A stretch of DNA of 64,000 nucleotides from Octopus sinensis (Eukaryota). This document shows, in pieces, positions 38,857-51,009 of this stretch (the stretch's first letter is position 1; the number at the start of each line of letters is the position of its first letter). Made by a program: the position numbers and the translations under genes. The stretch lies in the NCBI RefSeq assembly GCF_006345805.1, contig NC_043013.1, positions 33,542,001 through 33,606,000 on the forward strand. Reading direction: 5' to 3'. A model generated the notes under the pieces. It did not search any database. It was given only the letters and a program-made list of their open reading frames with translations, and was not told the origin of the DNA.

Positions 38857-38929
38857 ACTCCGCCATCACTAATATAGTAATTGTTGTGTCTTTCTTTCTT
38901 GATTGTAGAAAGGGATGATTAAATGGAAA
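38857..38929 (-). other. Candidate exon with ATG GCG GAG T followed by a GTAAGC donor
   Basis: About 130-nt pyrimidine tract, then CAG (38932-38930), a 73-nt open stretch FPFNHPFLQSRKKDTTITILVMAE, and donor GTAAGC (38856-38851). No homology recognised. Confidence 0.35.
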
Positions 38930-39074
38930 CTGAGAGCAAAAATAAAAACGAACAAAACAAAACAAAGAAACAAAAATTAAAAATACAACAGATAAATAAA
39001 AGAAGCAGCTAAAGAGAAGGGAAAAGAGAAGAGAGGAACCGAAAAGAAAGCATTCTTCTCCTTTTGCATTATTC

Positions 39075-39200
39075 ATTTCGCCTAATCTGTAGCCGCCATT
39101 CGCAGATCAACGCTTGTATGCCTAGCAGCTATATTTATTCTTAAATGCTTCTTCAATCTTTTCCCCTATAACGGCCGCCATCTTGAACAAACGACCAGAT
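39075..39200 (-). promoter_or_regulatory. CpG-enriched patch with YY1-type motifs
   Basis: GCCGCCATCTTG at 39174-39185 is a full YY1 consensus. GCCGCCAT also occurs at 39092-39099 and TCCGCCAT at 38859-38866, all in the same orientation. Confidence 0.4.
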
Positions 39201-40023
39201 TTTGTGTTTTCTTTTCTAATATATTATTGCCATCAGTTTAAATTGGCCATTGACAAAATTTGATATTTTATATAATTTTATACTTATTCCACCTACACAC
39301 AACACCAGGATATGGCTCCTGCTGACTACGTACTCGACTATTGCCTTTAGTATTGGTAGAAAGAATGCTAGCGAGGGAGAAATTCTAATTTGCATCAAGA
39401 AAATTCACTGTAACTAGACCCTTATAACAAGTTTTTCATTAACAATGTTCTCTCTCTTTATTTAAAACGAAATGAATCCATAATATTTTGGCAGAAGCAG
39501 TAATAAACAAATTCCATAGCAATATAATATTTAATCCAGTGCTGTATGGTTCCTGAAAAATTGTATCCATTTGTGTTATCTGAGAATAATTGTTTTTTTT
39601 AGATCTAAGACAAATTTCTTTCCGTGTGTTTAGCTAGAGAATGAAAGCCACCACGTATTGATCCTCTCAGTGCCTTTATGACAGATGGGGGTGTAAGAGG
39701 TTGTTATAATCAGGGTTGTGGCTTGTCACGAATGTTAGCATCAGGGTGGGCCGTGCGAAAAGTACTCGTGAGCCAGGAGCTTCGACAACGTGGCTTCTCA
39801 ATGAATAAGAGTGTACGGGGCTGAGCATTCCACAGAAAACCGGTATAATTCAGCTGACAGGATTCTTCAAAGTTTCCGTCAACCCGATTTCATTCTTCAC
39901 AAACTCTCGGTCAAAATGAGGGTACACAAAATACTTGCCCAAGATATTCTGCAGTGTAATTCAAACTCAGTCTTCATGGTTAGGAAGCAAAACCCCTGAC
40001 CACTCGATAATTATGCTCCTGAA

Positions 40024-40061
<38 letters not shown>

Positions 40062-40084
40062 ATACATAAATATAAATGTATATA

Positions 40085-40116
<32 letters not shown>

Positions 40117-40130
40117 CATATATATATATG

Positions 40131-40164
<34 letters not shown>

Positions 40165-40346
40165 TATATAGAGAGAGAGATAGAGAGAGAGAGAGAGGGA
40201 GAGAGAGAGAGGGAGAGAGATAGATACTTACATACATTCATAGATATACGCATATACGCATAAATATAATATATTTGTGTGTGTGATGTGAGGAATGCAT
40301 GCGTATATGCGGCATGTTTATATATATATATATATATGTATATACA

Positions 40347-40384
<38 letters not shown>

Positions 40385-41147
40385 TTACGTACATATATAC
40401 ATATATATTTGTATATGCGTGTGTGTGTATATATAGTGTGTGCGTGCGTGGATGTGCTTGTTTCTGTGTGTAAATATGTGTGTAACAGTAACACGTTCAA
40501 AATTGCTAATGAAAGCTGATCCGCGAATGTACATGACTGAAAGCTTCTTCTAATCACCAATGAAGTCTACGAAGGAAACTCTAGATGGTCATTCGACTCT
40601 CACGAATTAGCTGCTAGATATGACTTAAATAATACCTGACATCTTCAAATAGCACATGAATTATACTATAGTCCTGCATAGCTGTAAGCAGACCAAATTT
40701 TATTGTTAGAATCCTTTTAATAATTCGTACAATTTTCAATTGCAGTTCATTGGATCAAAATCACTGCAATAACTGACGCTCAGGACTCAATGCTGGTAGT
40801 AATATACGTCTTATAAAATAAGAGTGATATGTAACAAAAACACACGGTATCAAATTTGCGGGTTATAGGTAATTGGGTTGATTAAAGCGGTTTACGGTCT
40901 TGAAAGGTACATATTTTATTAACTCAGTAGATGAGAATCACAATTTGAACACGCAGGAATTAAACTCAGAAGGTAAATTCTCCTATATAAACATCTCTAA
41001 GCATTGTAGTTGAACGTTGTAATAATGTTGACAATCGATCACCTTCCCTTGAGAAAATATTACTTGTTTTCATTGTTTGCTACAAATCACACATGTGAGG
41101 TTTAGGACACAGGCATATAGTTGAATTCAAATATATTTGTTTCAGAT

Positions 41148-41640
41148 TTTAGTACAAGGCCAGCAACTTCGGGGCGGGTGAGGGTGGTTGGGAATAGTAG
41201 ATTACATAGACCCTTGTGATCAGCTGATACGTATTTCATCGACCCGAAAGAAGGAAAAGCAAAGTCGACCTCGGCGGAATTTGATCTCAGAACGTACAGA
41301 CGAACGAAATACCACTAAACTTTTCGCCCGGCATGATAACGATTCCGCTAGCTCGCCGCCTCAAGAAGTCTGTAAATACCGGTTTCAATTTTTCTACAAG
41401 GCCAGCAATTTTGGATGAGTAGGTGAGTTGATTACATAGGCCACAGTGCTCAGCTGGTACTTATTCCATCGACTTATCCGAAATAATGAAAAGGCGCAGT
41501 TGACCTCAACGGAATTTGAACTCAGAACGTTGAGACGAACGAAATGCTGCATTTTTCCCGGTGTGCTCCTCCAAATGGTCCAGTCAGAAGCAACCGCCAT
41601 TGCAAATTCCAACTGGATTCCTGAGTATGACCAACTAAGA
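41148..41640 (-). mobile_element. Two degraded SINE family B copies
   Basis: GTCGACCTCGGCGGAATTTGA.CTCAGAACG-like segments at about 41265 and 41500. Confidence 0.75.
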
Positions 41641-41671
41641 CTAAATATATTATCCAACCATCTCATTCTTA

Positions 41672-41909
41672 TTTCTTTTATTTCTTTATTGCCCACAAGG
41701 GGCGAAACATAGAGGGGACAAACAAGGACAGACAAAGGGATTAAGTCAGTTACATCGACCCCAGTGCGTAATTTGTACTTAATTTATCGACTCCGAAAAG
41801 ATGAAAGGCAAAGACAACCTCGGCGGAATTTGAACACAGAATGTAACGGCAGACGAAATACCGCTAAACATTTCGCCGGCGTGCTTAACGTTTCTGCCAG
41901 CTCGCTGCC
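41672..41909 (-). mobile_element. Full-length SINE family B with about 21-bp target-site duplication
   Basis: TTATC(C)AACCATCTCATTCTTA at 41650-41671 and 41910-41930 brackets the copy. Confidence 0.9.
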
Positions 41910-42059
41910 TTATCAACCATCTCATTCTTAGTCTCCCTCTAGGTCTCCTGCCGGTTTCCTAGGGTTAAATAATCCTCATTGCTTTATTTCCTGCGATACT
42001 ATAATAACATTCTTCTTGATATCTCGATCATATTTATGTTATTCACAATATTATAATTA

Positions 42060-43040
42060 AACCCAATGAAAATACATGAAGATATTTTTTCTTCCCAATA
42101 TGAATTTGTCCGAGTCAGGGGGTTTCATTGCTCATGAGACTTTTCAACACATTATATTTGTTCTTCCTGATGGTTCATATGATGTCGTTGACCCTCGTGT
42201 GTTGTTGTATTAAGGTGTTTATTTTCTTGTCCACGATGTGATGGCGAGCACGATCCTTTCCATTTTCCGTTCGTCCACCATGAAGACGTTCACAAAGAAC
42301 CCGTGTTTCACTCCCGTAATTCCTCACTGGCAGATAGACTCATTATAAATCGTTGTTTTAAAACTTCATGGAAGCCTCACAAGGTTTTCTACTTTCTCAA
42401 AGGCCGCCCAACCAAGCGCTGTACTTCTCTTTCGCTACCATCTTTCCTAGGTAAATGTAATTGTCTAGTTCCTCTATGGTCTTGATGTTTAGGTGACGTG
42501 TGCTGCTATAGCCTGCCTATTGAACATAACTTTGGTCTTTCCAAGGTTCATGTTGGGGCCGACAGATTTAGTTATAGTATGGGTATCCTTGATAATTTCC
42601 TCTTGTTTCATAGAAGGCATACAAAATCCAAAGGATGCCATTCAACCGGGATGAATATTAATGTTACCATTGAAGCACAAAGGTGATTAGTACTGACGGC
42701 CTCCTGTGTAGATTTTATAAGTCTTTTTATTACTCACATCTGTTCAGTTGATCCTAGGTTGCAGTGGAAGGCCATATACTCTGTATAATATACTGGACTG
42801 TCTTCATATGTTTAAACAAGAGAGAATAGCCTATGAAGATATCTCTCTTACTAGTTAACGGCATCACCCACCTGCCACATAATACTACATTCAAAGTAAC
42901 TAATTTTTCCCAAAGTAAAATCCACTTCACATTCTCAAAAGAGAACTGGAGGTTAGGTGTTCCACCAGTGACCATTTTATCGCTTTTCTTCATACATTTT
43001 ATGTGTTGGACTACACTAAACAATATGTCATCCATTCACC
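42060..43040 (-). mobile_element. Old degraded RTE LINE fragment
   Basis: Minus strand SVGPNMNLGKTKVMFN, IEELDNYIYLG and RKMERIVL; many stops. Confidence 0.6.
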
Positions 43041-43734
43041 TTAACTAAAATACGTTAAAGCGTGAACTAAGAGGGAGATGTGCTTTCTCTAGTAAAATAA
43101 CTATCCACATTTACGTTCCCTTCCATTGAAACTTTACATTCAAAAATTTGTTTATGAAATTATTATATATGTAGTAGTTGTAGTAAGAAGCTAAAGACAG
43201 ACAAACAGAGGTGAGAGAGAGAGAGGTGGGTGAGTGAAAGTGAATAATAAATAGGAAGACGGTTGAATAATAAAAGTAGAAAGGTGACTGTATGTAAGAG
43301 TGTTGTGTATAGGCTTTCATTCAACGATTAAGTGAAGCGTAAATGAGCTCTAATTACTTATAACACCATACTGTTAATGTTAATAAGTAGATCTGACATA
43401 TGCAGACCTCTTCGTACTCTCAGATTCCCTTTCTCTTTGACCCGATAACTCTATTGTTTTCTTTCTATGTTTATAAATGTCTCCCAATCTTCTCTCTCTC
43501 TCTCCACCTCTCTCTCTTTCTCCCACTATATACATACATACAAATATATATATATATATATATTTGAGTGTCTGTGTACACACACACACGCACAAGAACA
43601 CACATCAAACTTTCATGGCATCCTCTTAATTTTTCTTTGTTTAACATTTCAGTGTTGTAGGTCTCTGTCAGTGTCTTGTATGGTTTTTACTTCAGTATAG
43701 TCTGTCTCTATATGGAGGAAGGTATCTATGAATG

Positions 43735-43740
43735 TATATG

Positions 43741-43776
<36 letters not shown>

Positions 43777-43794
43777 TATATATATATATATGTG

Positions 43795-43882
<88 letters not shown>

Positions 43883-43890
43883 TATATATA

Positions 43891-43947
<57 letters not shown>

Positions 43948-43958
43948 TATACGTATAC

Positions 43959-43999
<41 letters not shown>

Positions 44000-44070
44000 C
44001 GTACATACAAACACAATTCTATCATCCATATTTATATGTATGTATATATGTATATATGTATGAATATGTA
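43735..44070. repeat. Long interrupted (TA)n tract
   Basis: Directly visible. Confidence 0.95.
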
Positions 44071-44919
44071 TGTGTTCCGCTGTGTGTGAGTGCGTCTGTG
44101 CGCATGTATATGAATGCAAATATTAGCTGAAGAGTAAAAAGAATTTTATTTGATCTTCAGTTTTTTTTCCTAGAAACGCAACAATTTTTCTGCCACGATT
44201 CGTCCCTGCCATTTTCTCTCAATTTATTTTATTATAATTTTCAATATCGCTGCAGTATTTTTCGCAAATTATTTTATTGCTTGAATCTCTTTGACCATTC
44301 TAGTTTTTTTTTCCACAAAATTATACTGTCTTCTTCAGTATACATGATATAATATTTCTCTCTGAACATCAGTGCCCCATTCTTTCTATTCACCCTCATT
44401 GCCCTTATACTCTTTCTCTCATTCACTAATACATACATACATATATATATATATATAATATATATATATATTATATATATATATATTAATATATATATAT
44501 ATATATAAACATAAATAAATATATATATGCGTACATAAATATACACACACAAACACACAGACACGCGCACATATATATATATACATAAGTATATATATGT
44601 ATACATGTGTACATATATATATATATAAAATTGTGTGTATATATATGTGGGTGGGTGTACGTGCATGAACACGTGTTCTGTTTTTTTTTTGTTATAATAT
44701 GATTTAGAATAGATATCTATAATTAATTTATTAGATAAAACTGGGTGTAACCACGAACATAAACACTGTATCGGAAGAATGTATTTCTGAACAGAAAAGG
44801 GGTAAAAATCTACGTACGTTTCGATTCTTGTTTGAATTATTCTCTTTAGCTATCCAGGAATATAGATAACACTGAGTATGCTCAAATGAATGTGAGCTTA
44901 AATTCCAACTGTCCTGTTC

Positions 44920-45040
44920 AGAGCCGGGCTCACGGCGCGGAAGTGACGATACGAGTAATCCAAATCGAGCTGTTATGGACGTAAGCATTCTTGGTAATTG
45001 GCGCCGTTCAGGATTTGTGGCGTTTCCTCTTTTAACCAGT
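44920..45040 (+). promoter_or_regulatory. CpG-rich patch with ETS-CRE composite motif, ATG and strong donor
   Basis: About 11 CpG in about 115 bp. CGGAAGTGACG at 44938-44948, ATG GAC at 44975-44980, GTAAGC at 44981. Confidence 0.4.
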
Positions 45041-45199
45041 GAGCTAATTACATCTAACGAAGAATTTTTAGGCTAAATTTTCCTTACCTTTTATTGCATT
45101 TTAAATTTATTGTTTATTCTTACTTGTCTCTGGGAATCCTCGCTGTGATCTGTCTTCCTATTGATCTGAATGTTTTTGCAGTGACCAATGAAGTTGTAT

Positions 45200-45231
45200 T
45201 ATTGGTATTGGTATTGGTGTTGCTGTTGTTG

Positions 45232-45320
<89 letters not shown>

Positions 45321-45340
45321 ATTATTATTATTATTGTTAC

Positions 45341-45388
<48 letters not shown>

Positions 45389-45410
45389 CATTATTATTAT
45401 TATTATCATT
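45200..45410. repeat. Compound (ATT)n/(GTT)n microsatellite
   Basis: Directly visible. Confidence 0.95.
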
Positions 45411-46540
45411 CAGTAGTCTTATTTTTATCACGTGCTTTACTCCACTACCGAGCGCAGCTTTACGTGCTTTGCGTATGTGCTGTGGCTTGCTGTGGTGCTC
45501 TTATTTTTACTGTATTGGAAGTGTTTTGCGTAGGATGTGTGCAGTGCCTAGTGGTGCTATTTTCTGTATGTTATGTATACTTGCAAGTCCTGGTGTTTTG
45601 TTATGTATTAGTCTGAATTTTTTGTTTATCATACCTAATGATCCTACTTTGATAGGAATTGTTTCTGCTTTTAGGCTCTACGTTCGAGTTACTTCTATTT
45701 CCAGATCTTTGCATGTTGAAACTTTCTCCGTTTCTTTTTGAGAAACATTGTCAACCGTTGGTATTGATACATCAATTAGAAAGCAATTTTTCTTGGTGAA
45801 CGTTGACAACTATATCCGGCCTTAATATATTGGCCTTAATTTCTTTATTTATGTCTATTCGCAAAGCTCAGAGTATCGTTGCTTTCTCTTTTCCCTGACC
45901 TTTTCTGGTGTGTGCCTATACCATCTTTTTTCTGTTGCTATTCCATAGTGTTGTCATAGCTTCCAGTGTATAGGTCCCAACTTATGTCTGTAAATATATT
46001 CCTTCTTCGTCAGGACTGGGTAGCCAGAGACAACATGATGCATTGTTCCTTCTCTGTCTCTACATATTCTGCGGTTGTTGTATTTCTTTTCATTACGTGG
46101 AGTTGGTGATTTCTGACGGGAAGGCTTTGATCGTGTGCTGCAATAAAACTCTTTCAGTCTCTACTTTGAGGTCTGAGCTTCTCAGCCATTGTTAGGATTT
46201 TTGCTTTGTTTATTTCTATTAACATTGTTGTTGTTATTATCTCAGGTTTTGTTGGAACTTCTGAAGTCTTGCATGCGTAGTGGGTTTGCTGCCTGCAGCT
46301 TACGGCTCCATGATATCCATTCTTTTCAGATATCTAACACCTTCCTGATTATTCTGGGCGTGCCAAGGAGGTAAATCTTTTGTAACAGTTCTACTGGGAA
46401 CTCTATTCCGATTTCATTTGTATTCCTCTTCATGACTTTTGATACTGTCCCTAAAGATTCACCATCTCCATTTTCCATAGTCAGGCTATTTTGTACTTAA
46501 GAGGGTTGTATTTATTTCCCCCTTACTTCTTGAAAGGTGC
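45411..46540 (-). mobile_element. R4/Dong-like non-LTR element, zinc knuckle plus REL endonuclease, degraded
   Basis: Minus strand RICRDREGTMHHVVSGYPVLTKKEY, WYRHTPEKV, RPDIVV...FLIDVSIPT.DNVS.KETEK and GTAHILRK. The 3' end runs into (TAA)n. Confidence 0.85.
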
Positions 46541-46589
46541 ACTCAACATCAGCTATACAACACATGTAGTGCATCTTGTCGACCACGCG

Positions 46590-46900
46590 TGACCTCATGG
46601 TGATACTAGGGTAAAATATACGAAGCCCAGTATACCCATCATGACTATTCAGGTTCAGTAGCCCCCTTCATGATATTGCGCGAAACGCCTATATTTCCAG
46701 AGGTGAATTATCCAAACGCAAAGATTTCTTCTTAACACATGGTTATGATGTTCCCCCACTATTTCTACCCGTGATCAGAGATGCAAAAATCGTCAGCCGC
46801 TAAGGGAATGCTCAACTGGTTAAGGTCAAGCAACTGAGAAGCAAATCTGTGGTATTGAGCAGAATATTTGCTGTAGGCAATCTTCTAAAACCAAGACAAT
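46590..46900 (-). repeat. Dispersed repeat, inverted homologue of 57590-57900
   Basis: Reverse complement shares AAATATTCTGCTCAATACCACAG, TTGACCTTAA and ATAATTCA.CTCTGGAA with 57610-57800. Confidence 0.7.
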
Positions 46901-46992
46901 AGAGCGTACATGATAACACTTCCAGTCGGTTAAGATCACACGCCATGAAAGCTAATGTCTGGTCCTGTATCTGGGCATAACTATTATTATTA

Positions 46993-47535
46993 TTATTTAC
47001 TTTTAATCTGCATGTTTGTTACAATCGCTCGCCGAGATACACCCAGTGTCCTGGGGCGAGTGAAGGATAAGAGATATCACAGTATGACTGAAAGCTTGGG
47101 GAGGGGAAGTGGCTGGTCAGTTACGAAATATCTTCATGTAATACAACGCATACATTTAAATGGATAGGATTTTTCTAAGGATTTGGGCAGTACTTATCAG
47201 CACATTCTTTTGGATTTCTCTTAGACATCGTTCACCTGGGATATTATGTAGATGTTTCTGACAGCCATTTCTTATCATATCAAGGTAACTCACAATAACA
47301 GGAACAGTTCGCGCTTTAAGTTTCCGCCTCTTTTGCATTTCAATTTTCAGGTTCTTATATTTACTTAATTTGTCAAGTTCATTTACAGATATATTTTTAT
47401 CAGTGGGAACACTTATATCTATTAGCCTACAAGTATTTTCATCTTTGTCTTCCCATGACCTATGTCTGGCCGATTAGCCTGGATCGTTTTGTCTGTGTTG
47501 ACAGGAAAATCCTAAAGGATAGTGACATTTTAACC
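46993..47535 (-). mobile_element. R4/Dong-like 3' fragment flanked on both sides by (TAA)n
   Basis: Minus strand TDKTIQANRPDI, LIDISVPTDK...KLSKYKNLKIE and ISTAQILRKILSI. Confidence 0.8.
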
Positions 47536-47536
47536 T

Positions 47537-47554
47537 TATTATTATTATTATTAT

Positions 47555-47587
<33 letters not shown>

Positions 47588-47596
47588 CAGCAGCAG

Positions 47597-47674
<78 letters not shown>

Positions 47675-47929
47675 TACTACAACAACAACTACTACTACCT
47701 AAATATTTATTATTATTATTATTTTCATTATTGGCAAGCTGACAGTACCATTAGAACCTCGGATAAAATGTTTAGTCGCACTTTGTGTATCTTTACCTTC
47801 TGTGTTCAAATTCTTCCGATGTTCACTGTGCTTTTCATCATATCGGGATCGATAAAGCAAGCACCGGTCGAACAAGGAGCTCAACGTAAGCGAATCCACC
47901 ATCAAAATTTCAGGTCAATACTAGAGTGG

Positions 47930-47965
<36 letters not shown>

Positions 47966-48117
47966 GCCACTGCTACTGCTGCTCCTGCTGCTGCTGCTTC
48001 CGCCGCCATTGCCGGCACTACCATCACCACCATCACCAGCACCACCACCACCACCACCACCATCACCACCACCACCACCACCACTAGTACTACTACTACT
48101 ACTACTACTAATACTAA

Positions 48118-48179
<62 letters not shown>

Positions 48180-48183
48180 TTTT
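47537..48183. repeat. Two compound triplet mosaics around a degraded SINE B (about 47745-47915, minus)
   Basis: ATT/GTA/GCA/CTA runs, then ACT/GCT/ACC runs. Confidence 0.85.
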
Positions 48184-48977
48184 ATCATGGGGTACAAATA
48201 ACGCTTAATGACACTTACACATCTATCATTTGCCAATGCATATGCGTTGTGTGTGTGTGTGTATGTGTGTGTGTGTGCCTGTCTGTCTGTCTGTCTGTCT
48301 TATGTCTGTCTGTGTGTCTGTGTGGTTTAAGGCAAGAAAACATTGTTAATACAAAAGAGAAAGAAGTGAAAATGTAATACCGACAGAAAAATAAATATGA
48401 CGAAAACAATGTGAAAAACATCGACAGCAATCACAACGAAAAACAAGGTCATCTTCAACAACAACAACAATCATAATTGTGTTTTATAAACGAGATGTAT
48501 TGAAATTAACCAACAGCGACATTTAATTAAAAGACTTCAATTTTCTTCCGTATCTATTCATTGGATTTAATTAAGGTATGGTTAACCGTTAATTTCTTGG
48601 CACGATACCTATACAAACTAGCTTTGTATTTATTTATTTTGTTAAATGTATGTATGTGTATTATGTATATCTGTGAGCATATATGTTCGCGCGTGTGTGT
48701 CTCTGTGTATATGTATGTGTTTTTGGTATGTATGTGTGAGCGTGAGCGCGTAGGTGCGTAGATGATTGGTGATGATAAAAATATATATATATATATGTGC
48801 TTTATGTGAAAGGCATTTTGAGGCAGTGAGCAAAGGTACATGTACTTGCTGGAAATTATTATACGTGTAAGATTATGTTGCTGCGATTATGATTGAGAGC
48901 AAGCATACATAAATACACACATATAGATACACATATATACATCAAAATATGTATGCATCTATATATGAATATTACAT

Positions 48978-49058
<81 letters not shown>

Positions 49059-49436
49059 AATATATATGCATATATATATAACTTTATAAATACAAGGGTA
49101 AAAATTATTAAATAATTTACATCAGTGGTTAGCATTATGTCAGGAAACATAAGACATGTATGTGTGCGTGTGTTTATGTGTGTGTCTGCATGCATATACA
49201 TAAACACACACACACACACGCACACACGCACACACGCACACACGCAAACACAAATACGCACATATCGTCGTAGCTCATTCAACGAATGTTGCGTGAAATC
49301 AGAATCAGCACTTGCACACAAAATCGTATGCTAATCGAACGCTAAATGTGTACATTGCTAGTTATAAGAATAAACAAAAAGGAAACAATTGCAGTTCGAC
49401 CATATATGTGGCAGAAAATACCTTTTTGTTTTTTAA

Positions 49437-50225
49437 GGCGGCGATCTGGCAGAAACGTTAGCACCCCGGGTGAAATGCGTAACCGTATTTCGTCTGCCGC
49501 TACGTTCTGAGTTCAAATTCCGCCGAGGTCGACTTTGCCTTTCATCCTTTACGGGTCGATTAAATAAGTACCAGCTGCACACTGGGGTCGATATAATCGA
49601 CATAATCCGTTTGTCTGTCCTTGTTTGTCCCTTCTGTATTTAGCCCCTTGTGGGCAATAAAGAAAAAGGTATTTCGTCTACCGCTTCGTTCTGAGTTCAA
49701 ATTCCGCCGAGGTCGACTTTGCCTTTCATCCTTTAGGGGTCGATTAAATAAGTACCAGCTACACACTGGGGTCGATATAATCGACTTAATCCGTTTGTCT
49801 GTTCTTGTTTGTCCTCTCTGTGTATAGCCCCTTGTGGGCAGTAAAGAAATAAGTATTACGTCTACCGCTTCGTTCTGAGTTCAAATTCCGCCGAGGACGA
49901 CTTTGCTTTTCATCCTTTCGGGGTCGATTAAATGAGTGCCAGTTACGTACAGGGTCGATATAATCGACTTAATCCGTTTGTCTGTCCTTGTTTGTCCCCA
50001 CTGTGTGCAGCCCCTTCGGGGCAGTAAAGAAATAAGAATCGTTAGCACGCCGAGCGAAATGCTTACCGGTGTTTCGTCTATCTTTATGTTCTGAGTTCAA
50101 TTTCTGCCGATGTCGACTTTACCTTTCAGGGTCGATAAATTAAGTACTAATTGTGTAATGGGGCTGAGCTAATCGATTGGTCTCCCCCCCTCAAAGGTTT
50201 CGGGCTGTGTGATTAGAGTAGAAAA
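49437..50225 (+). mobile_element. SINE family B tetramer (concatemer)
   Basis: Unit 1 is full from GGCGGCGATCTGGCAGAAACG. Units 2 and 3 restart at GTATT(T/A)CGTCT (49669, 49853) and unit 4 at GAATCGTTAGC (50036). B box GAGTTCAAATTCC-like in each. Confidence 0.92.
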
Positions 50226-50304
50226 AGAAAGAAAATAACTGTTTTTTTATTATCTTAGTGGGTAATTTTCATGAATGGAATGATAACGTATCAAAATATA
50301 AAGA

Positions 50305-50490
50305 GCCGGCGCTCTGGCAGAATCGTTAGGACCCTGGGTATAACTCTTAGTGGTACTTCTTGCGTCTTTAACAAATGAGTTCAAATTTTATCCGGGGAGG
50401 ATAAAATAAGTACCAGTTGATCACTGAGGTCACTGTAATTGACTTCGCCCCTTCCCGAACTTGCTGGCGTTGTGCAAACATTTAAAAGAA
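50305..50490 (+). mobile_element. Degraded SINE family B
   Basis: GCTCTGGCAGAATCGTTAG head, GAGTTCAAATTT and AAATAAGTACCAG. Confidence 0.7.
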
Positions 50491-50520
50491 ATATATTAAA
50501 ATACTTAAGTCCATAACACT

Positions 50521-50853
50521 TTCTTTAATCCTTTTTGCCCTTTGTGGAGCATAGGACTTCAACAGATTTCTTTCCACTTTTTGCGTTCATTTGCGTGTTT
50601 CTTGGCTGCTTCCCCTCTCAGGCCCGTGGTCCTGAGCTCGTCTAAAATGCTCCGCTTTCATGTCTGCTTCGGGCGTCCTCTCTTCCTTTTCCTCTGCGGG
50701 TTCCAGTCAAGTGCTTGTCGTGTCACATTTGAGTGTTCTTTCTGCAGTGTGTCCGATCCATCTCCATTTCCTTCGTCTAATCTGAACATGTATGGGCTTC
50801 TGGTTGGCCCTTTCCCACAGGTCGGTGTTTGGCACTCTGTCAGACCACTTTAG
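50521..50853 (-). mobile_element. 5'-truncated RTE 3' end with 13-bp TSD
   Basis: Minus strand WSDRVPNTDLWERANQKPIHVQIRRRKWRWIGHTL..RQALDWNPQRKRKRGRPKQT. AGTCCATAACACT at 50508-50520 and 50854-50866. Confidence 0.9.
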
Positions 50854-51009
50854 AGTCCATAACACTACCTGGAGTAATATCTTAAGCTAAGTTTGGGGAT
50901 ATCACAGCTCATACAATTAAGGGCGGTTGTTGTCACAATAGATTCCAGTGTCGTGGTGTGTGTATGTGTGTGTTTGAGTGTGTGTGTGTGTGATGGACTC
51001 TCCTGTTAT

